The translations under genes were made by a program, and so were the position numbers. A stretch of 64,000 bases of DNA. Source: a virus. Lineage: Duplodnaviria; Caudoviricetes. The notes under the pieces were generated by a model. It was not told where the DNA came from. It did no database searches and worked only from the letters and a program-made list of their open reading frames with translations. Below, one piece after another: positions 1 to 10,247 of this stretch. The stretch is taken from positions 1-64,000 of the IMG/VR virus record IMGVR_UViG_3300029288_000085. One strand, written 5' to 3'. Each line of letters starts with the position of its first letter. The stretch's first letter is position 1.

Positions 1-80
1 CAGACTTCAACACAATTGAGCAATTTGTAATTAAAGTACATCGAGATTTAATTTTGAATAGAAAGTAGTAGGTTTTTAAA

Positions 81-1403
81 ATGGAAGTAGGTAAACACAT
101 AATACAAAAACTTATGGAACACAATCATGAGGCATATTTCATTGGTGGTTGTGTAAGAGATTTTCTTCTAGGTAGAAAGTCTTTAGATATAGATATAGTA
201 ACATCGGCATCACCGGATGAAATTATAACTATCTTTAAAGACTATAAAACTGATTTAGTAGGAAAATCCTTTGGTGTAGTCATAGTAGATGGAATTGACG
301 TAGCTACCTATAGAACGGATGTTTATTCTGAATCTACTGATATGACTGTAAGATTTGCTTCTTCCTTAGAAGAAGATGTTTCCAGAAGAGACTTTACGAT
401 CAACTCTATAGCAATGGATATTAATGGCAACTTTATTGATTATAATAATGGAATGAAGCACATTCAGAATGGGATAATTAAATTTATTGGAAATCCTGCC
501 AAAAGAATAGAAGAAGATCCAAATAGAATAATCAGAGCAGCTAGATTTAAAGCTGCTCTCAATGGAACATTTGATGGTAAAACAGTTGATACATTAGTTG
601 AAAAATCAAACGATGTCAAATTAATAAGCCCTGAAAGAATTTATAAAGAATTAACGAAGGTAATGAAGGTAAGAAAAGCCTCACAGTTTTTCACTACTTG
701 CTATCAAATCAACATCCTACACCACATCTTACCAAAATTATACAACTGTATTGGGTATGAACAAAATAGGTTTCATAATGAACCTCTATTTACTCATAAT
801 ATGATCGTGGGTGATTCTGTATCTATTAAATATCCTTTAGTAAAACTTGCAGGCTATTTGCATGATGTAGGAAAGCCGGATTCTTGTGAATTTAATGAAG
901 AAAAACAAGATAAGACCTTTCTAAGACATGAAGAATTAGGAGCTGAAATAGTAAAGACCGAATTGGGCAGTTTGAAATTTAGTAATGATGAAGTAGATAA
1001 GATTTCAAATCTCGTACGATTACATATGAGAACTTTCTCTTCACCAAAAGCATGTAGAAAAATAATAAAAGATCTGACTGAATGCTCATTAAGTGTAAAA
1101 GATTTATTAAGGCTAAAACTAGGAGATTTCAAAGGAAAAAATTATAATAGAAGTATACCACTATCTATAGCAAAAGAGATAGTAAATAATACACGACTAG
1201 TGTATCAAAAAAATGAGCCGTTCAGTCTAAAACAATTGGCAGTAAACGGAAATGATATAATGACTAATTTAAACCTTCAACCAGGGCCGATTATAGGAAA
1301 AGTCCTGAATAGTCTACTTGAGATTGTACTTGAAGATCCACAATTAAACATAAAGGAAATCTTAATGGAAAAAATGAAGGAGTTTATGAATGATACCAAG
1401 TGA
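81..1403 (+). CDS. cca: CCA-adding tRNA nucleotidyltransferase (class II) with HD domain
   Basis: GGCVRD...DIDI, RRDFTINS and EEDPNRIIRAARF motifs; H...LHDVGK HD domain. Confidence 0.9.
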   Translation: MEVGKHIIQKLMEHNHEAYFIGGCVRDFLLGRKSLDIDIVTSASPDEIITIFKDYKTDLVGKSFGVVIVDGIDVATYRTDVYSESTDMTVRFASSLEEDVSRRDFTINSIAMDINGNFIDYNNGMKHIQNGIIKFIGNPAKRIEEDPNRIIRAARFKAALNGTFDGKTVDTLVEKSNDVKLISPERIYKELTKVMKVRKASQFFTTCYQINILHHILPKLYNCIGYEQNRFHNEPLFTHNMIVGDSVSIKYPLVKLAGYLHDVGKPDSCEFNEEKQDKTFLRHEELGAEIVKTELGSLKFSNDEVDKISNLVRLHMRTFSSPKACRKIIKDLTECSLSVKDLLRLKLGDFKGKNYNRSIPLSIAKEIVNNTRLVYQKNEPFSLKQLAVNGNDIMTNLNLQPGPIIGKVLNSLLEIVLEDPQLNIKEILMEKMKEFMNDTK

Positions 1404-1667
1404 AAAAGCCAAAGAGATCTGGAAGTTTGTAGATGGCTGTTCATTAGCTGTTTATGGAAGAAAAACGAGTACGTGTATTAAGAATGATATTTGTGTTTCA
1501 TGTGGCAAAGATGCTAATTCATTTAAAGATGAATTAAGTAAAAAAGAGTTCAGTATGTCTGGACTTTGCCAAAATTGTCAAAAGACAGTATTTTAATTAC
1601 TACATACTGCCTATACAGAAAGGGTATAGGCAGAATGAAATAATTAAACAAAAAAGGAGATAAGAAA

Positions 1668-1970
1668 ATGAAAAAAGTACTACTAACTTCACTATTTCTA
1701 TTTTGTATAGTTGGATGTAATGATCCTTATTGGAGATTTGAGCAAGCACCAGAAACACCCCAAGAAAGAATAGCTGTAGCTCAATTAGAAATTGATATTC
1801 TAAAAGCAGTACAACTAAACTCACTGAGTGGGCATGATCAAGATTGGGATGATGCAATTAAAATGGCTCATAAGGTAGCTATAAAAACTATATGTAAAAA
1901 AAGACTTTATGAAGTAAATTCTACTGGTGCTTATACTGGAAGAATGAAGGAGATCAAAGAAGGAGAATAA
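1668..1970 (+). CDS. Putative lipoprotein
   Basis: MKK + hydrophobic stretch + IVGC lipobox; AGGAG RBS. Confidence 0.6.
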   Translation: MKKVLLTSLFLFCIVGCNDPYWRFEQAPETPQERIAVAQLEIDILKAVQLNSLSGHDQDWDDAIKMAHKVAIKTICKKRLYEVNSTGAYTGRMKEIKEGE

Positions 1971-1971
1971 T

Positions 1972-2703
1972 ATGACAGAAGAAGATAAGACCCTATATAA
2001 ATCAAAATCTGGATTTGAAACCGTAAAAGTTGTAAGAGGATTTACAGAAATCAAGAATTTATTTTTTTATCTAAAAAAATCAAATATAGCTTGTACTATT
2101 TGTGGTGGGTATGTACGTTATATGGCATCACCACTAGAAAACCCAATTCCAGCATCGGATATTGATATCTATTCAGAAACAGAAGAAGATGTTGAGAAAA
2201 TAAAGCAGTTTATGCACAATAACAATCTTGAAATTAAGCATGAAAATAATATTTTCATTACCTATAAAAGCCTAAATTATACCCACCCTTGGTTTGGATG
2301 TTTACCAATTCAACTAATAAAACCAATAAAAGAAGGGCATATTGTAGCTTTAGGAGATATGAAAACAATTCTGTCAAATTTTGACTTTACAATTATAAGA
2401 GCAGGCTTGATATCAGAAACATCTGTAATGGTAGATGCAGACTTTGTTCATGATGAACAACACAAAATACTCAGGATTAAAAACATACACTGTCCTGTTA
2501 GTTCAACTCTTAGGTGTATGAAATATAGCAAAAAGGGATATTGGCTACCACCAATGCAAGCACTAAAGTTATTTGTAGATTGGCAAGAACGTGGAGATGA
2601 TTATCGTAATAGAATAGTAGAATTTTTAGAAAAAGCAAATGAGGGGAATAAACTTTCTCAAGAAGATATTGATGAATTAGAAAAACTTATGAGAATAGAC
2701 TAA
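1972..2703 (+). CDS. Second, minimal pol-beta-superfamily nucleotidyltransferase
   Basis: CGGYVR...SDIDIY and NFDFTI motifs. Confidence 0.7.
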   Translation: MTEEDKTLYKSKSGFETVKVVRGFTEIKNLFFYLKKSNIACTICGGYVRYMASPLENPIPASDIDIYSETEEDVEKIKQFMHNNNLEIKHENNIFITYKSLNYTHPWFGCLPIQLIKPIKEGHIVALGDMKTILSNFDFTIIRAGLISETSVMVDADFVHDEQHKILRIKNIHCPVSSTLRCMKYSKKGYWLPPMQALKLFVDWQERGDDYRNRIVEFLEKANEGNKLSQEDIDELEKLMRID

Positions 2704-2721
2704 TAAAAGGATAAACTTATT

Positions 2722-3426
2722 ATGAAACTTAAAGAATGTAAAATAGGAATGACAGTTAAAGCAATAAAGAAGAGTATAGGTCTTTACTATTGGAAAGAAT
2801 TTTGTGAAAATTGCCCAACTCACACAGCAGTCATTTCTTCTGTTATTGACAGCCACGTAACATTACGTTCATCTAATGACTACAGATATATATTCTTACC
2901 AGAAGATTTAGAACTAATAGAAGATCTAAGACCAATAAAGGAGGAAACCAAGATGGAATATAAAGAATTGCAAAAAATTTCAGTAAAACTTGTTGGTGAT
3001 GAAAAACCATGTAAAAACGAATTCACTCTATTTGCAAACCATTTTCTTCCAAACTATTATTCATTTGAATTTATTCCATTAGAGGAAGTAATAAAAACAT
3101 TTAAAGACCACGAAACATGGAAAAGTTGGTTGATACTACATAATTTTATAAAAGAAATAGAAAAGGAAAAGACATTTTCGGTTGGAGATGAATTCATTTT
3201 AAATACTCATGCTTACAGTGATACAAAGGCCGTATTAATTGAAGTAAGAAAAAATGAGTTATTTAATATTCTTATTTTATCTGGTCCTGATAAAGGAAGA
3301 GTTTGGTCTTCAAATCATACAAAATGTGAAAATATGAGAAAAATAACTGAAACAGAAATCAAAAATTCCTCCTATTCTAAGGAGGTAGTTAATTCAATTC
3401 TTAACTCTAAAAGGGGGAATGAGTAA
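2722..3426 (+). CDS. Hypothetical protein, paralog of 8826-10073
   Basis: Shares the MKxxxCKxGMxVKAIKKSI...FLPEDL N-domain and the WLxxHxFI segment. Confidence 0.6.
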   Translation: MKLKECKIGMTVKAIKKSIGLYYWKEFCENCPTHTAVISSVIDSHVTLRSSNDYRYIFLPEDLELIEDLRPIKEETKMEYKELQKISVKLVGDEKPCKNEFTLFANHFLPNYYSFEFIPLEEVIKTFKDHETWKSWLILHNFIKEIEKEKTFSVGDEFILNTHAYSDTKAVLIEVRKNELFNILILSGPDKGRVWSSNHTKCENMRKITETEIKNSSYSKEVVNSILNSKRGNE

Positions 3427-3913
3427 TGAAATCTACTGTTAAAATAAAACTTGTGGCATTATTTGGTGATGTAGTAAATCATCCAAAACTAGGTGATCGT
3501 AAAGATGTCTTCACCTCAAGAGTTATAAAGGTAAAAGGCAAAACAACAATTGAAACTCTAAATACAATCTATATTCTTGAAGAGTTTGAGGAGGAATGAT
3601 TATGGACCATTTTGAATATGATGAAGAAAATAAGGATGAACTACTTTATATTCTACCAAGACATATGAGAGAAGGAGTAAAAAGATACATTGAAGAAGGA
3701 TGTGAACCAGGAAATTTTCTCAGTGCTATAATTCAAAACAAACTGAAAGAATCATTTCAATATGCAGATGACATAAACATAAATAAAATAAGAGATTTTG
3801 TTCAATACTTTTTTTCACACGCCCCTGCTATATGTTGGGGATCAGAGGAAAGAATGGAAAATTGGATTAAACGACAAGGATTAAAAGGAATAAGAGAGGG
3901 GCTTTAATGAACA

Positions 3914-5404
3914 ATGAAACTACCAAAAAACTTTTCTACTATCGGCTTAAAATTCTACCCATTTCAACTAGAGACCTTCTTATTTTCAATACGACAAAAT
4001 AATACAGGGCTACTACTTGAAATGGGAACTGGTAAAAGTATGATATCTATTAACGTAGCTAGATATAGAATACAATTTGATAAAATAAGAAAAGTGTTAG
4101 TAGTTTGCCCATCAAGCGTTATATACAATTGGAAAACAAATATTGAGAAACTATCTGAATACAAACCTACAATACTACATGACACACGGATTAATAGACT
4201 TAAAAATCTCAATGAAGATTATAGATTTGGGATTATAAATTATGAATCGTTGTTTCCTTTATTAAAAGATCTTAGAGTAATAAGTGAAGAACCACCATTC
4301 ATTATACATCATAACTATAAGGAAATGCTTAATGATCTGCAATTTGATATGATTATCTTTGATGAATCAGCAAAATTTATTCGTAATCATAGTGCTAGAA
4401 GAACTATAGCTAGTACTTTATTTGCTGATACTGCAAAGTATAAAATGATTTTAACTGGAACACCTATTGCTAATAGACCGAACAATTTATGGTCTCAATT
4501 TAGAGTTTTAGATGGGGGTGAATCTTTTGGAAGAAGTTATGAAGTATTTAAAAATGTCTTTTTCTACAAAGATCCGAATGACCATTTTGGAAGGCTCTAT
4601 CTAAGGTTAGATAAGATAGAAGATATGAAAAAAAGGATTTATACCAGATGTATTAGAAAGACAAAAAAGGAAGTTTTACCAGATCTACCAGAACAAATAC
4701 ATAACACCTTAGAGATAGAAATGTCCTCTTCACTAGAGAATCTCTATAAAGAAGTAAAACGTAGTATTCTCTCGGAGATTGAAACGGAAGAGGGGATAAC
4801 AACATTAAGGATAAATAATATTCTATTAAGATTGATGAGACTACAACAAATAACAAGTGGATTTACAGCAGGGGAAAATCATACGACTGTAGAACTAACT
4901 GAGCAACCAAAATTAAATGCACTCATTGAGCATATAGAGATAATTCTCGAAGAAGAATCGTCAGTAATTGTTTGGTGTAGATTTCGCAAATCAATATCAA
5001 TGATTGCAAAACAACTTAATAGACTAAAAATACCTTTTACTGCAATGACAGGAGATGATAATGAGAAAATAAAGTATGAAAAATGGAAAGGATTTCAAGA
5101 AAGTAGTACTGTAAATGTATTCATAGGACAGATTGAAGCGGGTGGTATCGGAATTGAACTATTCAAGTTGGATTCTAAACCATATGAAAAACAGTATACC
5201 TTTTTCTACGAAAATGTATTCACTCTTGATACAAGAGAACAAGCAATAAGTAGACCTCATAGGATTGGGCAAAAGAGTATATGTATATACACTGACTTTG
5301 TATTAAAGAATACTATAGATGAGAAAATACTGAGATCAGTAGAAAATAAAAAGAATATTGCAGATGTAATCTTAGGAGATGGAGTACATAAATTTTTAGA
5401 ATAA
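3914..5404 (+). CDS. SNF2-family (SF2) helicase
   Basis: EMGTGKS, FDES, LTGTP and QAISRPHRIGQ motifs. Confidence 0.88.
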   Translation: MKLPKNFSTIGLKFYPFQLETFLFSIRQNNTGLLLEMGTGKSMISINVARYRIQFDKIRKVLVVCPSSVIYNWKTNIEKLSEYKPTILHDTRINRLKNLNEDYRFGIINYESLFPLLKDLRVISEEPPFIIHHNYKEMLNDLQFDMIIFDESAKFIRNHSARRTIASTLFADTAKYKMILTGTPIANRPNNLWSQFRVLDGGESFGRSYEVFKNVFFYKDPNDHFGRLYLRLDKIEDMKKRIYTRCIRKTKKEVLPDLPEQIHNTLEIEMSSSLENLYKEVKRSILSEIETEEGITTLRINNILLRLMRLQQITSGFTAGENHTTVELTEQPKLNALIEHIEIILEEESSVIVWCRFRKSISMIAKQLNRLKIPFTAMTGDDNEKIKYEKWKGFQESSTVNVFIGQIEAGGIGIELFKLDSKPYEKQYTFFYENVFTLDTREQAISRPHRIGQKSICIYTDFVLKNTIDEKILRSVENKKNIADVILGDGVHKFLE

Positions 5405-5574
5405 ATGGGGGTTAAAATGGGAATAGGAAACCTAATTAAATGGTGGATTCTTGACACTTGTATTTTCATCATCAGAAAAGCTGAAATATGCAAGAACCGA
5501 TGTTTAGCTCAAAAATTGTATGATTTAGCTAAAGACTACGATCCAAAATAAAACCATCAATAAAGGAGAAAAAT

Positions 5575-7640
5575 ATGGAATCTCTTTTTACTGATAAAGG
5601 GCATTACACTGATGTAGCAGATCAAATTGACAGAGAGGTAATAAAGATATTAGAGCCTTTCTTTAAAAGATGGGTATATGCTGGTTATAGTGTTCGAGAA
5701 ATTAGTCATCTTATTAATTTGGCACTCTTCACTTTAGAATTAGAACAATTAATTGATTGGACAAAATAAAGGAGAAATATGATGATAAAATTAATGAAAT
5801 GTGGTCATTCAACTAATGCAACTAATAGTAAAGGGAATCCTGTTTGTGCAATCTGTATAGGAACCACGCCTGATGCTGAAATTGTCGATACCCTACCAAA
5901 TCTTGAGGGAAGAGAAGCGTGTTGTAGCTTCATTGATTTTGGGAAATGTGGAAATCAAGGGGGAGAAATAAAAGAAGGAAGGCACGGGTGGGTGAAATCA
6001 TCTCTAAAGCTTGCTTTTTTTGAATACTGCCCAAGTAGACCACACGATCTTTATTATTGTGGTTGTTGGGGATGGGAATAAAAGGAGGATAAATATAAGT
6101 ATGAAACTCACCAAGAAAAGAACTATTGAACTTCATAAAGAATTATGGGATTGGCTGAGTAAACATCCAAACGCAGAAAAATACCAGTGGCCAAAGTGGA
6201 AAAATTTTCCATATATAAGCCATGACTGCTTTCTTTGTGCATATGCAAGAGAACAACAGCTTAATACGAATTCTTTTGCGTCTAAATGTTATTTTTGTAT
6301 TGCAAAAGATGGGTGGGGATATGATGCACTATGCAATCATTGTGAGGATGTGTATAGCATTTTTACATTGTGGAAGAGATCTGATCATTTTCCTAAACTA
6401 AAAAGGGAATTTGCAAAACTTATAAGGGATGTATGTGATAAATAAGAAAGGAAAATCAAACATATAAGGAGAAAGATAATGAAAAAAGTTAAAGTAAAAC
6501 TAGTTGGTGAAGATGGAAACGCTTTTGCTATCATAGGTAGAACAGTAGCTGCAATGAAGAAAGCTAAAATTCCAAAAGAAACAATTGATGAATACCAAAA
6601 AAAGGCAATATCAGGAGATTATAATAATTTATTGCGAGTAACAATGGAATATGTAGATGTAAAATAAAAGACACTGAGGAGGGTAAATTGACATGAACCT
6701 TAACAAAGCAGTCTTATGTTTAGATTGTCAAGAGGTATTTAGTAGTAATCAAAAGAAATGCCCAACTTGTGGTAGAAATACTCCTGATTGCAGTTATCCG
6801 ATTGTAAATTGGATTAGACCTATATCAGAAGCAAACAAAAATATTCTTAAGAAAGCTGCATAAGGAGAAAATCTACGACTTGCTCAAAATGCAATGAAGA
6901 GGTGAAATTATGGAAGTAACTCTTAAAGATGGAGAAAAAGCAAAAGTAATTGAAATGTTCCTTTGTGAACAGAATTTTCTTATACTTAGACCAAATCAAC
7001 TTTATTATTTCACAGTTGACCCTAATTGTGATGCCTGTAATAAAATTGCAAACAATTATAATAGATTTAGAGAAAAACTATGACCAGAAAACCAAGATAT
7101 GTAACTGAAGGTTTTTGCCCTAATTGTAAGAGAAGAGTTATTGGCAAATGGGAAGATTTCGGCATCGGAAACTATGAATTTTGGGGGGCAAAAGGAGTTC
7201 ACCATGATTATATAGCTGTTTGTACAGAATGTGGTGAATCATTATCAGACGTAGAAGAGATTGACTAAATATTATCATCCAGAAGAGGGGTAAATATGAA
7301 ACTAACACCAATAGGATCTAATATGAATGAAGTGGAAATAGGAGATGTCATCATATTTTTCTCTTATAAAGAACCAGTAGCTTGCCATATTTTAGGTAAA
7401 TTCTATAAAACTGAGAAGAAATGGTCTAGAACTACAAGTAAACATATTACAAAATGGCTTAATGGAGCAAAAGCTGAAACAAAACCACAAGAATTTTTTG
7501 ATAATCTTTTAGAAACAGATATTTCTTTAGAAGACAAAGTTGAACAATATTTTAAAAATGTTACAAATACACAATTAGAGAAAGATCTTAAGAAAGCTAG
7601 ATTTGATTTTTATAATCTGATAAAGACACAACTTTTCTAA
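5575..7640 (+). CDS. Cluster of small hypothetical proteins, several Cys-rich/zinc-ribbon
   Basis: Tandem short ORFs, most with GGAG/AGGAG RBS; CxxC pairs. Confidence 0.55.
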
Positions 7641-7664
7641 ACAAAACCACAAGAATTTTTTGAT
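7477..7664 (+). repeat. 26-bp perfect direct repeat AAACAAAACCACAAGAATTTTTTGAT (7477-7502 and 7639-7664)
   Basis: Read directly; copies flank 136 bp that supplies the current C-terminus of ORF 7296-7640. Confidence 0.9.
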
Positions 7665-7703
7665 GAAATAATAGAAAATGATTGGATTATCTGTAAAAAT
7701 AAT

Positions 7704-7784
7704 GGGAGAGATGCTAATTGGAAAAGCAGCAGACTGTAAATCTGTGGCCATAGTGCTATGTAGGTTCGAATCCTTCCTCTCCCA
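7704..7784 (+). tRNA. tRNA-Tyr(GTA), CCA not encoded
   Basis: Acceptor GGGAGAG/CTCTCCC; anticodon arm GCAGA-CTGTAAA-TCTGT; long variable arm; GGTTCGAATCC T arm. Confidence 0.92.
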
Positions 7785-7871
7785 ATATAATTTCTGTCAA
7801 GGGGGTTGACAAAATAAAGATGAGTTCTTCCTACCATGCTTTTTGCCAGGGGGTATAAATATATTTCTATA

Positions 7872-7905
7872 TACCCCTTGACAAAAATGGTATAGTGGTT
7901 AGCTT
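7872..7905 (+). promoter_or_regulatory. Sigma70-like promoter TTGACA-N16-TAGCTT within an inverted-repeat-rich region
   Basis: TACCCCTTGAC-N6-GGTAT-N5-TTAGCTT; same architecture as 25387-25420. Confidence 0.6.
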
Positions 7906-7934
7906 ATAGAGCAGAAAACATATCCTTTAAATAA

Positions 7935-8310
7935 TGACCTTCACTTACAGAAGGATACGTGAGAACAGACCTAGTAAGTAAAAGTAATAAACTTGAAAGT
8001 CTCGTTGGAGAGGTATCTAAAAGATACCAATTTCCCAGATGATGTGCAGAAATGCAACATATATTATTTGATTATTAGATAATGTATGACCGTCCTTGCT
8101 TAACAGCGGAGCCTAATAGATTAGTTGTGATAGGGATAGTCGCAACTTTATGGTAAAGTAACGGAAAGTTATAAGACCTGGGCGTAGGATTAAAATCCGT
8201 CTATTTCATTTTATGATGATGTCCGAAGACCGAAGGGATCGTAAGACAAGTGCTCTCCCCCCGTTTCGTGGGGGGGAGCCTTATCCTCAAACGTCAGCTA
8301 ATCGTAAGAC
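7935..8310 (+). ncRNA. Candidate large structured ncRNA
   Basis: Largely ORF-free region with many stems containing G-U pairs: 7938-7954, 8012-8028, 8058-8088, 8123-8147, 8252-8279. Confidence 0.5.
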
Positions 8311-8317
8311 TATATGT

Positions 8318-8788
8318 ATGTATTCAAATTCATTAAAATCTTTTAAAAGATATTTAAGAAAAAAGAAAAAACGTCTTCTTCAGAAAGAAATTGCTAGGAA
8401 AAAGTCTATTTTTGGTAATAAAAAGAAAACTGTGTTTAAAAGAGCTTGCTGGATGAGAAATGGAGCACAAACTGTTCATGAAGGCATAACTAAATATATT
8501 GTAGATGATGAATGTAAGAAGTTAAATCTTTTACTTGTTAACCGAAAAGTATTTTTCAATAAAGTTACTAATAAGTGGTATATTACAGATTTCTATATTC
8601 CTCAAATAAAACTTGTCATTGAAATAGATGGTGAGTCTCATTTAAAACAGAAGAAATATGATGAAGAACGTAGCAGATTTCTCAATAAAAAATATCTAAC
8701 AGTAGTCAGATTTCAAAACTTGGAAGTTGAAACTATGGAATTCAGAAGCAGGATCAGAAATGTTCTTGCTTCTTTTCTTTCCACATAG
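8318..8788 (+). CDS. DUF559/Vsr-like endonuclease with Lys/Arg-rich N-terminal helix
   Basis: YITDFY...LVIEIDGESH...YDEERSRFL...VVRFQN; ATG 8318 preferred over 8213, which reads through a GC hairpin. Confidence 0.8.
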   Translation: MYSNSLKSFKRYLRKKKKRLLQKEIARKKSIFGNKKKTVFKRACWMRNGAQTVHEGITKYIVDDECKKLNLLLVNRKVFFNKVTNKWYITDFYIPQIKLVIEIDGESHLKQKKYDEERSRFLNKKYLTVVRFQNLEVETMEFRSRIRNVLASFLST

Positions 8789-8825
8789 AGGTTTTCTTTA
8801 CTTCTAACCAAAAAGGAGGCTTAAC

Positions 8826-10073
8826 ATGAAATTTGAAGATTGTAAAGTAGGTATGAGAGTCAAAGCAATAAAGAAGAGTATATACCATGAATCTTGGATA
8901 AAATTTATAAACGAACATCCTAATTGTGAATTTGAAATCTATTTAGTGAATAATTCTAATACACCATATCATGTATTAGCTCGAAGTAAAACAAATTTTC
9001 ACTATTGTTTCTTACCAGAAGATTTAGTGCCGGTAGAAGAAAAAAGAATGTATATTTGTGATCATGCGGATATTTGTACCAAATACACTTGTCCATCCAA
9101 GAAAATAGGTAGTTATAATGAACACAATGGCTACTTTAAAACATCTCCTAAAGGGTGGGATTGTAAACATGTGAGTACTTTTGTTAAAGCGAAATTCATT
9201 GATGAGGAGGAGAAGAAAATGATTAAAGAGAGCAGGTTATTCATATGTGACCACGCTGACTCTTGTAGAGTTGAATCTGGTTGCTCTTCTCGTGATATAA
9301 ATGATTATAATAATCATGTTGGATATTTTAGACAATATCCAAATGGGTGGTCTTGTCAACAAGCAGGACCAAATGGAGGAATAGTTAAAGCAAAATTCAT
9401 AGAAGGTCTATTTATATGTGATCATGCTTCTAGTTGTGAATTTACTGGTAATTGCGTATGTAAAACACCAAGATCATTTTCTTTATATGAAGGCAAATTT
9501 AGAAAAAACCCGGAAGGGTGGTTGTGTCATGCTTATTCCCTTTTTGGGACATTGGTTAAAGCAAAATTCATTGATGAGGAGGAGAAGAAAATGGAACAGT
9601 ATAAATCTTTAAAGCCTATTACAGTTGAGAGTCTGCGCAATCATGGTGCTTGTAGTGACGTATTAAAGGATTTTATTAAAAAGGCTGTTCAACAAGAAAT
9701 TAATTATGCCTACAGAGAAATCCCTATTCCAGTTGCCCAAGTGCTTGCCGCAGATTTAGGTTATCCTAATTGGCTTGAAGAGCATGGATTTATTGCTAAA
9801 GTTATACAACGAAGAAAATGGAAGCAAGGGGATAGAGTACATTTTAAAACGGACAGGTTGGATAGGTCTTATAGTATGATATTAGCAACGGTAGACCTTA
9901 ATCAGGTAGTAGCAATAGTAATAGACTCTGATGTGAAAGAAGATATAGGTATAGGAAATAGGTGGACTGCTCCTGTTGATGTAAAAGATAGATTTAATCT
10001 TTCTGATGATGAATTAGACAAAATCAGTGGTACAGCTATAGAATTCAAAAAAGCATTAGGATTGAAGGTGTAA
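8826..10073 (+). CDS. Modular protein with three Cys/His-rich repeats
   Basis: 3x ICDHA..C...C...F...P.GW.C...VKAKFI; flanking domains paralogous to 2722-3426. Confidence 0.65.
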   Translation: MKFEDCKVGMRVKAIKKSIYHESWIKFINEHPNCEFEIYLVNNSNTPYHVLARSKTNFHYCFLPEDLVPVEEKRMYICDHADICTKYTCPSKKIGSYNEHNGYFKTSPKGWDCKHVSTFVKAKFIDEEEKKMIKESRLFICDHADSCRVESGCSSRDINDYNNHVGYFRQYPNGWSCQQAGPNGGIVKAKFIEGLFICDHASSCEFTGNCVCKTPRSFSLYEGKFRKNPEGWLCHAYSLFGTLVKAKFIDEEEKKMEQYKSLKPITVESLRNHGACSDVLKDFIKKAVQQEINYAYREIPIPVAQVLAADLGYPNWLEEHGFIAKVIQRRKWKQGDRVHFKTDRLDRSYSMILATVDLNQVVAIVIDSDVKEDIGIGNRWTAPVDVKDRFNLSDDELDKISGTAIEFKKALGLKV

Positions 10074-10247
10074 CTATGAAAACAAGAGAAGAAATAAATA
10101 AATTTGTAGACAACGCTGTAGCAGATTTGGATGAAAAAGGAAAAATTATACCACAATATTTACAATTTCTCAGTAAAATGATGATCCTCCAAATGGAAGT
10201 TCTTTTGGATATTAGAGAATTCCTTTCAATAAAAAAGGGGGATAAGC

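Noticed and set aside
7935-8788. Group I intron carrying the DUF559 nuclease
   Set aside because: No interrupted host gene is evident, and the P7-like TAGTC (~8137) and GACTA (~8308) occur in the wrong order; not fully excluded without a covariance-model search.
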